Assembly (NCBI GenBank): GCA_963701075.1
Contig: OY969559.1
Coordinates: 1,472,001-1,536,000, forward strand
Length of the DNA stretch: 64,000 nucleotides
Source of the DNA: an uncultured Nitrososphaerota archaeon
Lineage (GTDB): Archaea; Thermoproteota; Nitrososphaeria; Nitrososphaerales; Nitrosopumilaceae
Reading direction: 5' to 3'
Positions 10,462-21,341 of the stretch are shown one piece after another. The notes beneath the pieces are model-generated. The model saw only the letters and a list, made by a program, of their open reading frames with translations. It ran no database searches and was not told where the DNA came from. Both the position numbers and the translations under genes were made by a program. Every line of letters begins with the position of its first letter. The first letter of the stretch is position 1.

Positions 10462-11280
10462 TCATGTTCCTATTTGTATTTCTCCGTCACAAATCTTCCT
10501 TAGGCATTCAATTGCAGAAAGGATTGCAAGTCTGCTTGTTTTGGGATTGCTCTCACTTGGAACGTTTTCAATTTTTATAGAAAACTTTCCAAACTTTCCA
10601 CTGGCCTGTATCTCATGAGTGTTTTTGTCAGTTTTTGGGTCGGCAACTATTCTTACCTTGGTTTTCGTGCTTCCAATTCCAGCCAAGCTGATAAGTGCAG
10701 CAACGTTAATGTTTGCAGGAAAGAGTCTTACTGCCTCTTCTGCCGTTCCGTCGTATATTACAGTAGATTCTTTTATTTCATCTGGGCTTATTTTTGAAGT
10801 CTCGAAAAATTTTGCCCCCTTTAGCGCTTTGGGATTCTTGGTTGTAACTAATACTATTGATTCTAATTCGTCTTTTACTGCTCTAATACTATCAAGTCCG
10901 GCAATTGCTCCAGACGGAAGAAAGACATGTTTGTTAAAATCCTTGCAGCCTTCAGATACTATCTCAAATATGGATTCATCCAATAATGCACCAACGCTCA
11001 TTATCATCATGTCTTTCCTGTTTTGAAGGATAGATAACGCGTTATCTCTAACTGCATCCTGAGAAGCAGCCTCAATTATCAGATCTACTGGCGATGCTGC
11101 CAGCAGACCAGCATTTTCTGTTATTACGGGTTTGTTTTTTAGTTTTGAGACTAGTCGTTGTGATGAGTCTTTGGAAAAATCAAATACGTGGGTAAGTTTT
11201 GCATGAATTTTGCCAGAATCTATAGCAACAGCTATTTCTGTCCCTATTGCGCCACAACCCAAAAGTCCTATCCTTTTCAA
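10462..11280 (-). CDS. nadX: L-aspartate dehydrogenase
   Basis: GCGAIG Rossmann motif, SVGAL, PSGAIAGLD, FPANINVA and NPKTS. Start placed at TTG 11280 (MKRIGLLG). Confidence 0.93.
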   Translation of the reverse strand: MKRIGLLGCGAIGTEIAVAIDSGKIHAKLTHVFDFSKDSSQRLVSKLKNKPVITENAGLLAASPVDLIIEAASQDAVRDNALSILQNRKDMMIMSVGALLDESIFEIVSEGCKDFNKHVFLPSGAIAGLDSIRAVKDELESIVLVTTKNPKALKGAKFFETSKISPDEIKESTVIYDGTAEEAVRLFPANINVAALISLAGIGSTKTKVRIVADPKTDKNTHEIQASGKFGKFSIKIENVPSESNPKTSRLAILSAIECLRKICDGEIQIGT

Positions 11281-11390
11281 ACCAATACTTTTGGCAAACC
11301 ACCATGTTAAATCTGTTATCGGCTTTACAGGTACACAACACAAAATTGAATTATACAATTTATTGAGTTACTGTGGAGTAAATTCTAGAA

Positions 11391-12266
11391 TTGGAAACAC
11401 ATGAATCTACGCTTATAGAAAAATTTCTCTTCAGAATAGCAAAACAATGGATTGCAGGCGATACCATGAATGAAGCCCTTCAATCTGCCAAGGTAGCAAA
11501 CAAGAATGGAATGAATGCGGTAATCAACAAGCTTGGTGAGCACATGATGTCAAAGGACCAGATCAGTGACACTGTATCAGAATATCTAGCACTTGTCTTG
11601 AACTTGCGTAAATTCAAGGTTTCTGGAGGCATATCAGTCAAGCCAACCCAGGTAGGTCTGTCTAAAAGTGTCGAGGACTGTATGACCAATCTTGAAAAAA
11701 TAATAGAAAAAGCAACGTCCTCTCAGTCCTTTGTTTGGATAGACATGGAGTCTTCGGAATATACTGATAATACCATCAAGATCTACCTAAGCCTATTTGA
11801 AAAATATGAGAGATTGGGCATGGCAATACAGGCAAACCTCAAGCGTACCGAACAAGATTTGAAGATACTACTAGAGCATGGCGGAAAGATTCGATTGGTA
11901 AAAGGAGCATATAGAGAAAGTAAGAAGAATGCCTACAAAACAAGACATGAAGTAGATGAAAACTACAAGAGACTCACAAAGATGCTTTTTTCATACGGTA
12001 ACGAGTTTGCAATAGCAACTCATGATTCCAAAATGATTGAACTTGCCATGAATTTATCAAAGAAAAATGAGAGAAAGTTTGAGTTTCAGATGTTAAAGGG
12101 AATACGAGACGAACTAAAGCCAGTTTTGATCAAGAGTGGTTTTTCCATATCAGAATACATACCGTATGGAACCAATTGGCTTCCTTATTCAATAAGGCGA
12201 CTAAAGGAAAGAAAACGAAACATCTTGCTTCTTGGGAGTTCTTTTCTTCACTCGCATCGTGTTTGA
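11391..12266 (+). CDS. Proline dehydrogenase (monofunctional)
   Basis: SVKPTQ, IDME, RLVKGAY, IATHD, EFQML.G and YIPYG...Y..RRL.ER. Confidence 0.93.
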   Translation: METHESTLIEKFLFRIAKQWIAGDTMNEALQSAKVANKNGMNAVINKLGEHMMSKDQISDTVSEYLALVLNLRKFKVSGGISVKPTQVGLSKSVEDCMTNLEKIIEKATSSQSFVWIDMESSEYTDNTIKIYLSLFEKYERLGMAIQANLKRTEQDLKILLEHGGKIRLVKGAYRESKKNAYKTRHEVDENYKRLTKMLFSYGNEFAIATHDSKMIELAMNLSKKNERKFEFQMLKGIRDELKPVLIKSGFSISEYIPYGTNWLPYSIRRLKERKRNILLLGSSFLHSHRV

Positions 12267-13813
12267 GTTTGCTCACGCATGAATTGAAGTAAATAGTAAG
12301 CACCACCAGCGCCCTTGCCTGAAATTCCAGAATATTTCCATCCGACAAAAGGCTGAGCTCCAACCATTGCGCCTGTTGTGGCACTAGCTGCTCTATTTGC
12401 ATATGTAACACCTGCTTCAATTTTATTGAAGAAGGATTCAATCTCGTTTTTGTCCTGGCTGAAAATTCCTGCGGTGAGTCCGTAGTTACTCTTGTTGGCT
12501 TCAGATATCGCATCATCAAAGTTGTCAAACTCTTCCACACAAAGAAATGGGACAAACAGTTCTTCTTGTACTAGTTCATGATCTTTTGGAAGGCCTACAA
12601 CAATTGTAGGTTCAACGAAGTTTCCATCCTTGAATTGTGAATCAGATAAAACAGAACCGCCACAAACTATCTTGCCATCTTTTTTTGCAATTTCTGTAGC
12701 CCTTTGGAATTTTTTTAAAGACGCCTCATTTATTACAGGACTAACAAACACGTCTTTTTCCCACGGTTTTCCCATCTTTAGCACCTTGGTCTTTGCAATC
12801 AACTTCTCCACAAACTGGTTTGCAATGTCTTTTTGGACATAGACCCTTGAGCACGCGCTGCATTTTTGTCCGCTATAACCAAATGCTGCTCTCAAGACAC
12901 CATCTGTTGCCTTTTCTAAGTCAGCTGTTTTTGTAATTATTGCAGGGTTTTTTCCCCCCATCTCAGAGATGAACGGTCGTGGAGCACTTTCAACAAATGT
13001 GTTAAAGCCTGACATTCCCACCTCTTTTGAACCAGTAAATGCAATTCCGTCCACAAGAGAACTTTCTAAAATAGTTCTGCCTACAATGCTGCCAGAACCT
13101 GGTACAAAATTTACAACTGCCGGAGGAAGTTTGTGATATATCGCCTCGATGAATTTGTAGGCAGAGATAGGTGAATCACTAGATGGTTTCAATACGACCG
13201 TGTTGCCAGTAATTAATGCACCAGAGGTCATTCCTATTGATATTGCAGATGGAAAGTTAAACGGAGATATGATTCCCCATACACCGTATGGTTTCAATGT
13301 GCTACGAGTTTTTTCATTTTGATTTGCGCTTTGAGTCTCCTTTGAAAAGCCTTGGTTTATCTCAAGTTGTTCTGCGTAGAATCGCATAAAATCTATTGAT
13401 TCATCCAAGTCACCCATGGCCTCTAGTCGGTTCTTGCCATTTTCAAAACTCAATATTGCCGCAAGACTGAATTTGTTCTGTGCAAATACATCTGCTACCT
13501 CTCGAAATATTTGAGATCTTTTTTGGTACGATGTGAGAGACCATTTGTGAAAAGCCTCCTTGGCCGATTCAATCGCATGTAAGGTGTCTTCTTTTGATGC
13601 CAATGGAAAGTTTGCCAAAACAAGGTTCTTGTCAGCCGGAGAGCGTACTTGAAACTGATTGTTGGAAAATATCTCTTTTCCGCCTATTATCATTGGGTAA
13701 TTCTTGCCAAAATCTTTCTTGGTCTGCTCTACTGCCTGATCAAATTTGCGGTGAAATTCATCGGTGATGTTATTGGATGCATACTTGGGCCAAGTGTTTT
13801 CATTTTGGAACAT
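12248..13813 (-). CDS. Aldehyde dehydrogenase, probable L-glutamate gamma-semialdehyde (P5C) dehydrogenase
   Basis: ISPFNFP, FTGS, EMGGKN, SGQKCSACSR and YGLT; convergent with proline dehydrogenase. Confidence 0.9.
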   Translation of the reverse strand: MFQNENTWPKYASNNITDEFHRKFDQAVEQTKKDFGKNYPMIIGGKEIFSNNQFQVRSPADKNLVLANFPLASKEDTLHAIESAKEAFHKWSLTSYQKRSQIFREVADVFAQNKFSLAAILSFENGKNRLEAMGDLDESIDFMRFYAEQLEINQGFSKETQSANQNEKTRSTLKPYGVWGIISPFNFPSAISIGMTSGALITGNTVVLKPSSDSPISAYKFIEAIYHKLPPAVVNFVPGSGSIVGRTILESSLVDGIAFTGSKEVGMSGFNTFVESAPRPFISEMGGKNPAIITKTADLEKATDGVLRAAFGYSGQKCSACSRVYVQKDIANQFVEKLIAKTKVLKMGKPWEKDVFVSPVINEASLKKFQRATEIAKKDGKIVCGGSVLSDSQFKDGNFVEPTIVVGLPKDHELVQEELFVPFLCVEEFDNFDDAISEANKSNYGLTAGIFSQDKNEIESFFNKIEAGVTYANRAASATTGAMVGAQPFVGWKYSGISGKGAGGAYYLLQFMREQTQTRCE

Positions 13814-13929
13814 AACAATACTAGGAATAACGGTCCATAATTAGTTAGCTAGGTGTTGATTTTATGTTAACTGGGGAATGAATCTATTTCAAACGAGAAA
13901 CATTTTATCCTTACAGGTAAAGGTGTTTT

Positions 13930-14769
13930 ATGCTCAATACCGTTTATCGTGATGCCCTAAAGAAGCGAGAGGAAGCAAAATCCATCTTCAAGGGTGAAAC
14001 ATTTGAGCGCATCATCCAAGCTGCCAGAGAAAATTGGATTGAGTATTTTCCTCAGAAGAAGGATTCGATCATAGCAGGCATAGACAGTAGTTATAACAGT
14101 ACAAAGTTTCAAGGGCTTGAATTATGGGTGGTTACCGGCGTATCAATAAAGTCAGACGGTCAAATCATAACTGAGAAGCACAACCAAGGGCTAGGTCAGC
14201 CTACCCCAGAGCTTGAGACACAGGCAAGTAAGATGGAGGTTGAGGCCTGCGCTGCCTCAGTAGACATGGCAGACCTAGTAGCACTTGACGGTTCGCTTTA
14301 TTCACAGTTTCTCACCAGACAGTCTTCACTTGGCAATTCTATTACTTTGGCAATTAAAAAGAAAGGAAATGTTGTTTTCATATCAAAGACATCATCAGCA
14401 AGAAAACAATTTGAAAAACTGGGTTCTGCTGCTGGAGACATCTTCTATTACAACCATGCAGTTAAGGGACCCGGCTTTAGCAAGATATTTGTTGACAATT
14501 CGCTCGGACCAGGCAAAGTGGTGTCATATGTTTATGCAAGACTAAGAGATTCTACGCCACTAATCAAGATCGAGTTACTTGGGTCAGGAATTGTCGAAAA
14601 TGAGATAAAATCCCTTTTGGATAGATTAACAAAAAATAGTGTGGGAGGATATCCATACGCGTTAAAGTTGGCGCATGAAAATTGCAAGATAACCAATTCA
14701 GAGTTGTCAAGACTTGTTAGTCTATATGGACTGACAAACGAGATTGGCTCTAGGGAAGTGCTGAATTGA
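13930..14769 (+). CDS. nurA: DNA double-strand break repair nuclease NurA
   Basis: GIDSS, LDGSL, ISKTS and GYPY.L..AH; first gene of the nurA-herA-mre11-rad50 operon. Confidence 0.92.
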   Translation: MLNTVYRDALKKREEAKSIFKGETFERIIQAARENWIEYFPQKKDSIIAGIDSSYNSTKFQGLELWVVTGVSIKSDGQIITEKHNQGLGQPTPELETQASKMEVEACAASVDMADLVALDGSLYSQFLTRQSSLGNSITLAIKKKGNVVFISKTSSARKQFEKLGSAAGDIFYYNHAVKGPGFSKIFVDNSLGPGKVVSYVYARLRDSTPLIKIELLGSGIVENEIKSLLDRLTKNSVGGYPYALKLAHENCKITNSELSRLVSLYGLTNEIGSREVLN

Positions 14770-16286
14770 TAATAGGGGTTGTAATTGGCGAATCAAAGCC
14801 AACTGAAGTAACCGCACAATCATCAAAACCTCTTTCGGTTGGAGAGTATGTCATAATTGATTCACAGGACGGCAAGATTCTCGGCCTAGTTGAAAAGTCT
14901 GCAATATCAAGTGATGCACTCACAGATGTTAGAAATTTTGATGAGGCAGTTGAGAGCAAAGAAGTTGCCGAGATTAATTCCAGGGACAAAAATTATAAGG
15001 TAAAGATTGGAATACTCGGATTTTTGGACAAGTTACAAAAAGGGCATGTGATAATTCCTGCAATTCCACCACTACCAGGAACTTCAATTCTTGAAGCGAC
15101 ACAACATGACTTGGGGACGATATTTGGACCTGTTGGAAATGAGTGGATTAGGATAGGTGCGCTCTTAAGAAATTCAAGCATTGAAGCAAAAATAAACATC
15201 AACAAAATTGTATCAAGACACTTGGCCATTCTTGCAATGACTGGAATGGGAAAGAGCAACCTTGTTTCACTCATAGCAAAACACGTTGCAACATTAAATG
15301 GCACATTGATTATCTTTGATTATCATAATGACTATGAAAACCTAGATGTTACCAAGATGAATTACATGATGGCAAAAATAAATCCCAGGCTTTTGCCTGC
15401 AGACAAACTAGCCGAAGTCATAGAACTTCGTGAGAATGCAGACAAGCAGCAAAGAGTCTTGCGAGAATCACTTACTGATTCAGTCAAGCAAGCCAAAGAC
15501 TTTTGGTCATCTTTAGAAGAGAATGTTTCTGCATTTGGTCGCACTACAAAGGGCTATGCAGACAGCGCAAGTAGGGTTTTCGACAAAATAGATGATGCCA
15601 AGCATAGATTTTCAGACATACTAGACCCTGACTGTGGAGATCCTGTAGATTTGATAAAGGAAGGCAGAGTAAATGTATTGAACATAGCAGAACTAAGCGA
15701 GAGACAGGCAAATGCCGGGCTGTCATACTATTTACAAGAACTATTACAGCAGAGAAAGGAATCAGTCTGGGAAAGAAAAGGCAAGTCCACACACAGAAAA
15801 AATTACAAGTTTCTTGCACCAATATTTGTCATAATAGAAGAGGCTCACGTGTTCATACCAAAAGGAGAACATACCGATACTAAATACTGGGCCTCAAAGG
15901 TAGCAAGAGAAGGCCGCAAGTTTGGAATTGGCCTATGCGTAGTATCGCAGAGACCAAGAAACATTGACCCCAATGTTCTAAGTCAGATGGGCTCTCTTGC
16001 AATAATGAAGATCGTACAAGACGATGATCAGCAACAGATAGCGTCTGCTGCAGAATCATTAAGCAAAGACCTTCTTTCTCAGCTCTCATCTTTGAATATT
16101 GGGGATGCAGTACTAATTGGACAGTGGGTAAACTTGCCTTCCATAGTACACATAGATGAAGTAAAAAGTAAAAAATCTGGCTCTGACTTGGATGCAGTAT
16201 CAGAATGGAATCAAACAGACAAATTCAAAGACATTGCAAAAGAAACAACACAAGGACTAATCCAAAAAGACCTGTTGCTTGATTGA
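14766..16286 (+). CDS. herA: HerA helicase/ATPase
   Basis: HAS barrel, RHLAILAMTGMGKSN, EEAH, REGRKFG and SQRP. Confidence 0.95.
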   Translation: MIIGVVIGESKPTEVTAQSSKPLSVGEYVIIDSQDGKILGLVEKSAISSDALTDVRNFDEAVESKEVAEINSRDKNYKVKIGILGFLDKLQKGHVIIPAIPPLPGTSILEATQHDLGTIFGPVGNEWIRIGALLRNSSIEAKININKIVSRHLAILAMTGMGKSNLVSLIAKHVATLNGTLIIFDYHNDYENLDVTKMNYMMAKINPRLLPADKLAEVIELRENADKQQRVLRESLTDSVKQAKDFWSSLEENVSAFGRTTKGYADSASRVFDKIDDAKHRFSDILDPDCGDPVDLIKEGRVNVLNIAELSERQANAGLSYYLQELLQQRKESVWERKGKSTHRKNYKFLAPIFVIIEEAHVFIPKGEHTDTKYWASKVAREGRKFGIGLCVVSQRPRNIDPNVLSQMGSLAIMKIVQDDDQQQIASAAESLSKDLLSQLSSLNIGDAVLIGQWVNLPSIVHIDEVKSKKSGSDLDAVSEWNQTDKFKDIAKETTQGLIQKDLLLD

Positions 16287-17442
16287 GATGATTTTCTCAC
16301 ATATTTCTGATATACATCTTGGTTTTGTGCAATATCACTCAGAGGAACGTGAAGATGACATTTACTCAGCGTTCAACCAAGCCATAGATACTTCAATAAA
16401 AGACCACGTCAATTTTGTGATATTTGCAGGAGACATTTTTCACGTGCCAAACCCAAGTGGTAAGGCAATTGTTGTGCTAGCAAACGCCCTGAAACGATTA
16501 AGACAAAATAACATCGAGTCATTCTTCATTTTGGGAGAGCATGACATTAGCCGAATAAGGTCGACTCCGGTTCCTTTCGTATACCATAATTTAGAATTTT
16601 CAAGATACATAGGAAATGGTAAACCCCTTGTGTACAACGATATCCTCATAACTGGTTTTGACAAGAGGCGAAAGGGCGAGATCCACACATTTGAGAACGA
16701 TTTTGCCACTGCTGATCTAGCAGCAAAAAACCACCAGGGGCATAAGATATTGGTTTTACATCAAGGTATTTCTGAAATCAATAAATTTGCTGGAGAGTTA
16801 AATTCTACAGATCTACCAAAGAATTTTACATATTATGCAATGGGCCATTTACACGACCAAGATCTAAAAAGATTCTCTCACCTAGGAGGACCCTTGGCAT
16901 ATCCAGGATCTATAGAAATGACATCAAGTGAGAGCATAAAAGACGCCCAAAAGGGCTTTTACCAAGTTGACATATCAGGTCCCGAAGTCATTCCAAATTG
17001 GATAAAACTAGACATTAGACCTCAGATGTCTTCTAGGATATCAATTGACAAACTTTCCGATGAGATTGGCGTACTCTCTGAGAAGATAAAGTCATGTAGT
17101 AGAAAACCAGTGGTAGAGATAAGAATAACTGGTGATGCCTTAGATACAGGATTTATTCAAACACAGATCTCGCGGTTATCTGAATTGACTTTACGTTGTT
17201 TTTGGAAACATGTTTCATCTGAACAAAAAGACGGTTCTGTATTCATTGAAAGACCATTAAAAATAGAAGAAGAGATGCATAAGATAGCAAAAGATATTCT
17301 TGGCTCCAATGAGCTTGCAAATTTTGCTATAAATGAACTATTGCCGCTCCTCTCAAAGGGAAGTATCGAGGAGGCAAATGTTGCAATCAATGAAAATTAT
17401 ATACAATTCAAAAAGGGATTGAGAAATGCTACGATCAGTTGA
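16279..17442 (+). CDS. mre11: Mre11 nuclease
   Basis: SDIHLG, AGDIF, GEHD, HQG, MGHLH and YPGS phosphoesterase motifs. Confidence 0.93.
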   Translation: MIEMIFSHISDIHLGFVQYHSEEREDDIYSAFNQAIDTSIKDHVNFVIFAGDIFHVPNPSGKAIVVLANALKRLRQNNIESFFILGEHDISRIRSTPVPFVYHNLEFSRYIGNGKPLVYNDILITGFDKRRKGEIHTFENDFATADLAAKNHQGHKILVLHQGISEINKFAGELNSTDLPKNFTYYAMGHLHDQDLKRFSHLGGPLAYPGSIEMTSSESIKDAQKGFYQVDISGPEVIPNWIKLDIRPQMSSRISIDKLSDEIGVLSEKIKSCSRKPVVEIRITGDALDTGFIQTQISRLSELTLRCFWKHVSSEQKDGSVFIERPLKIEEEMHKIAKDILGSNELANFAINELLPLLSKGSIEEANVAINENYIQFKKGLRNATIS

Positions 17443-19504
17443 ATTAGTAAATTTTCTCTCTCATGCAAACACTAGACTTGAATTTGATAACGGAGTGACA
17501 GTCTTTGTTGGACCAAATGGGGCTGGAAAGTCCAGCATAATAGATGCGATAACATTTGCACTGTTTGGAGAACACATTAGAAAATCTACAAAAGGATTAC
17601 TGCGCAGAGGAAGCAGTCAGGCATATGCCAAAGTGGAATTTTCCATCGGAAATAGACAGTTTGAGGCAGTACGTAAGATAGACCCAAAGGGAACTGTGTC
17701 GGCTCAGCTTTACGAAAAGATCAATGGAGAGACAGTTCCACTGGCGGCAGGAGAAAGAAAACAATTTGGGGAATCCATGACACAGACAATAGAATCTCTG
17801 ATAGGACTTGATTTTGAGAAACTCAAGGTGGCATCCATTGTACAGCAAGGCGAATTGCAATCAATCATTGAGGCAGACCCAAAAAAATTCAAAGAACTCG
17901 TTAATGCAATAATTGGAATAGACAAACTTGACACTGCATATGAAATTATGAAAAAAACAATTGATGCGTTTAGGATATCTGTGAAGACTAGACTGGATTA
18001 CGATGATACCAGTATAGAGTTTCTTCAAACCAAGATGGATTCATCGTCAAAAGAGATCTCGTCTTTAGAACCTCAAAAGAAGAAACTAGAAGAAGAAAAA
18101 GCAATACAGGAACAGGAATTTTTTACATTACAGAGTAAAATAGAGAGCGATGCACCAAAAGAACTCAAGTCAAAAGAGATAGAAAAAAGAAAAGACGAAC
18201 TTGTGTTATATTTGAGAAATGCCGTAACATCCATCAAAAGAGAGATTACTGAAAAAGAAAGAAAACTTGCGGAATGTGCTAGTAGTTTACCAATTTTGTC
18301 CGCCAAACCACAGGTAGATTATGAGACAAGACAAGTGCAACATGACCTGGAACGAATACGAAGTGAATCAAAAGAGATAGGCGAAAAAATAGCCAAGATA
18401 AAAGGACAGCAAGAGATTGCTGGCAAGCTACAGATGATAGATGGAAAATGCCCCGTGTGCGATTCCAAAGTAGACCATATCAATCCCTTGTTTGAAGAAG
18501 AACATCTACGCATAGAACTTGAGGCTCTGAGAAAGAGAGGCGAAATTCTCTCCCAAGAAGAATTTGCCAATCAAAATAAGAAAAAAGAGATAGATTTGAA
18601 AACTCAGCAGATCATAAAGGCAGAAAGCGTCCTGTCCTCAAACAACATCAAGAGTCAAGAGGATTTGGCAAGACTAAAAGAAGAAATTTTGAGTTTACAA
18701 ACTAATATCAAAGAAGTTCCTCTCGAAGTTAGTACAACAGGAAATCTGACACAGTTTGCAATAGATGAGTATTCAACGGATGCAATAAGATCAATATTAT
18801 CACTAATAGAAGAAACAAAAGACTTTGACGTTGTAAGCTTTAGAAACATCAAATCAAAACTTGAACCGCAACGAAGACTTCTCAGTACACTAGATCAAGA
18901 ACTAGGTGCTATGACCACTAGGCTAAAGTTTCACAAAGAAGAGACTGAGAAAATTTTGCAGATATTAGAAGAGCTGCATCATGTGAAGCAATATGTTTCA
19001 AGTCTTGAAACTATTCGTGGACAGATTTACAACAGGGACGGTCCTGTTGCCACAAGCCTTCGCTCATGGGCGCTTGGAACTATATCACAAAAGGCCTCAG
19101 AGTACTTGACTACATTTAACGTAAAAATTCAGAGAATCATTCTTGAAGACAAAGCAAGAGATATTGGAATTACGTGCTATTCTGGTAATTCCACATTGGA
19201 TTTAGAATCGTTGAGTGGAGGAGAGAAGGTAAGTGTTGCTCTGGCATTACGTCTTGGCATGGCACACCTCATGGGGTCATCGAGCCTGAATTTCATTATT
19301 CTTGACGAGCCAACTACACATTTGGATCAAGAGAGGAGAAAATCTCTTGTAAGTGTACTCTCACAGGCCTTTGAATCAAACGTGGATGCCATATCTCAAT
19401 TCATTATAATTACACATGATTCAGAGATCTTTGAAAACTCTAACATAGATGCGATATATGATTTCAAGTCAACGCCAGAAGGAACACTGGTTACGCCAAT
19501 TTAG
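17426..19504 (+). CDS. rad50: Rad50 SMC-like ATPase
   Basis: GPNGAGKSS, coiled coil with CPVC zinc hook, LSGGE, LDEPT and ITHD. Confidence 0.95.
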   Translation: MLRSVELVNFLSHANTRLEFDNGVTVFVGPNGAGKSSIIDAITFALFGEHIRKSTKGLLRRGSSQAYAKVEFSIGNRQFEAVRKIDPKGTVSAQLYEKINGETVPLAAGERKQFGESMTQTIESLIGLDFEKLKVASIVQQGELQSIIEADPKKFKELVNAIIGIDKLDTAYEIMKKTIDAFRISVKTRLDYDDTSIEFLQTKMDSSSKEISSLEPQKKKLEEEKAIQEQEFFTLQSKIESDAPKELKSKEIEKRKDELVLYLRNAVTSIKREITEKERKLAECASSLPILSAKPQVDYETRQVQHDLERIRSESKEIGEKIAKIKGQQEIAGKLQMIDGKCPVCDSKVDHINPLFEEEHLRIELEALRKRGEILSQEEFANQNKKKEIDLKTQQIIKAESVLSSNNIKSQEDLARLKEEILSLQTNIKEVPLEVSTTGNLTQFAIDEYSTDAIRSILSLIEETKDFDVVSFRNIKSKLEPQRRLLSTLDQELGAMTTRLKFHKEETEKILQILEELHHVKQYVSSLETIRGQIYNRDGPVATSLRSWALGTISQKASEYLTTFNVKIQRIILEDKARDIGITCYSGNSTLDLESLSGGEKVSVALALRLGMAHLMGSSSLNFIILDEPTTHLDQERRKSLVSVLSQAFESNVDAISQFIIITHDSEIFENSNIDAIYDFKSTPEGTLVTPI

Positions 19505-19995
19505 CCGCCAGTCAACTTTGCAAATCGCTCGTTCTTGCAAAGACTTTCCATAAACTTCAAGTTAGACAATGCCACTACTGCAGAATCTCTTACCTGTTCG
19601 CTTGAATCCTCAAGTGCTTTTTGCAGTGTCTCTTTTGCGTCTTGAGATCCAATCACACCAAGGGCAACAGCTGCTTCATGTCTAACAAATAGACTAGGAT
19701 CATTTCTGGTTGCATCTTCTAGTGGAGATATTCCACTTCTCAAACACATCTGCCCTAGAGAAAACGCAGCCTCGTGTCTTACCAATTCATTGGAATCTTT
19801 CTTTAGCACACTTGCAATATATGGAATGACATCTTCTCCACCCATGTCAACCAGAATACAAACTGCTCTGCACCTAATTACAAAGTCTTCATTATCCAAT
19901 AGGTTGACAAAATATTCCTTGTCCTTTTTCTCATATCTTTCTTCCATTTCAGATAAAAGGTCAAGGCGGTCTTTAGGAATAAGTTCCATGCACAC
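19501..19995 (-). CDS. HEAT/PBS-lyase repeat protein, DOHH-like
   Basis: HEAT repeats containing VRHEAAFSLGQM and VRHEAAVALGVI. Confidence 0.85.
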   Translation of the reverse strand: MCMELIPKDRLDLLSEMEERYEKKDKEYFVNLLDNEDFVIRCRAVCILVDMGGEDVIPYIASVLKKDSNELVRHEAAFSLGQMCLRSGISPLEDATRNDPSLFVRHEAAVALGVIGSQDAKETLQKALEDSSEQVRDSAVVALSNLKFMESLCKNERFAKLTGG

Positions 19996-20029
19996 AATTT
20001 TATAATCGCATATTTATTTCAATGACTGT

Positions 20030-20488
20030 ATGAGTCGATTACGATATTGGAAATTAACAATAGAAGATCTCAGAAAGGCACAGTATGATCCAAAAAAAGT
20101 ACTAATCTGGGAAATAAAATGCACCAAGGATGACAAGGGCACACATTTTGGAGTTTTCTGTTACAGAAATGGTACCCCATGGGATTACACATCCGTTCAT
20201 GGTATTGTCTTTTATCACAATCAGATAACTCAACAAGAAATAGGAAAGATAACCGATTTTCTCAAGGGCAAGTTTGGCGGCGAACCGGCAGAAAAAGGCA
20301 GTAGAATATTTTTAAAGAATTCAAGGGAGATTTACGCACCAAATGAGATAGCAGACCTTGCAGTTCAGATAGGAGACACCTTTGAGGCAAGTACAGAATT
20401 AACGGTCGAATTAGAGAACTTTACAGTCCCCGAACAGGAACAAAGCAACTTGCCTTCAAGCAAGATTCTCCCCATACCTGGCAAGTAG
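20030..20488 (+). CDS. Hypothetical protein
   Basis: 152-aa ORF filling the gap with native composition. Confidence 0.7.
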   Translation: MSRLRYWKLTIEDLRKAQYDPKKVLIWEIKCTKDDKGTHFGVFCYRNGTPWDYTSVHGIVFYHNQITQQEIGKITDFLKGKFGGEPAEKGSRIFLKNSREIYAPNEIADLAVQIGDTFEASTELTVELENFTVPEQEQSNLPSSKILPIPGK

Positions 20489-20522
20489 ATAAATAGGGTT
20501 TTGACAAAGTCTAAGATCTCTG

Positions 20523-21320
20523 ATGGATAGGTCAATGACGATCATGGAGCATCTGGAGGATCTAAGAAAGCGAGTCTTCAAGATGATCATTGCGGTAGGA
20601 GTTGTTACTTTCTTTATTTTAGGATTCCATTTGAATCCATTTATCTACAATGGGATTCATCTGTACTATCCAACTTTTAGTCCTTTTAACAACATTGCAG
20701 CGCAAGCTACCGTTGTCATGAAACATAACCTGCTTCCACCTTCAGTACAATTAATTCAGACAGCTCCAGGGCAAGCATTTTTTGCACAGTTTTATATTGC
20801 AGTTCTACTCGGCGTTGCCATAAGTATGCCAGTCATAATAAGAGAGTTCATGGGATTTCTAACACCGGCACTTGGTAAGAAAGAGACGCAAATAATAAAA
20901 TCTGTCACATTTCCCGCAATTGGCCTTTTTGCAGCAGGTTGCTTGTTTTCATACTTGGTTGTTACTCCATACACGTTAGCATTTCTCTACAAGTATGGCG
21001 AATCTGCAGGTCTTCTTACTTTTCTTAACGTGGTAGACTTTATCACGTTTGTATTGCAGTTTGCACTAGCATTTGGCATATCATTTCAGCTTCCACTCAT
21101 AATGTATGCAGTAACTGCGTCTGGAATGGTTGGTGAGAAATTCTGGAGAAACAACATAAAGTGGGCCGTAATTGCGATGGTGATTTTAGGAGCTGCGATA
21201 ACACCTGATGGGAGTGGTGTTACAATGTGGTTTGTTGCAGGTCCGCTGATAGGACTATACCTCATAGGCATGTTCCTCTCAGAGAGACACGCAAATCAGA
21301 TTGCAACACTTAAATCTTAA
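20523..21320 (+). CDS. tatC: Twin-arginine translocase TatC
   Basis: EHLEDLRKR, F.TPAL...E, FGISFQLP and AAITPD. Confidence 0.95.
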   Translation: MDRSMTIMEHLEDLRKRVFKMIIAVGVVTFFILGFHLNPFIYNGIHLYYPTFSPFNNIAAQATVVMKHNLLPPSVQLIQTAPGQAFFAQFYIAVLLGVAISMPVIIREFMGFLTPALGKKETQIIKSVTFPAIGLFAAGCLFSYLVVTPYTLAFLYKYGESAGLLTFLNVVDFITFVLQFALAFGISFQLPLIMYAVTASGMVGEKFWRNNIKWAVIAMVILGAAITPDGSGVTMWFVAGPLIGLYLIGMFLSERHANQIATLKS

Positions 21321-21341
21321 TCTGCCGCATTAAGAGCACTC

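Noticed and set aside
13930-19504. HerA/nuclease/SMC cluster as a novel defence system
   Set aside because: This is the canonical archaeal nurA-herA-mre11-rad50 repair operon.
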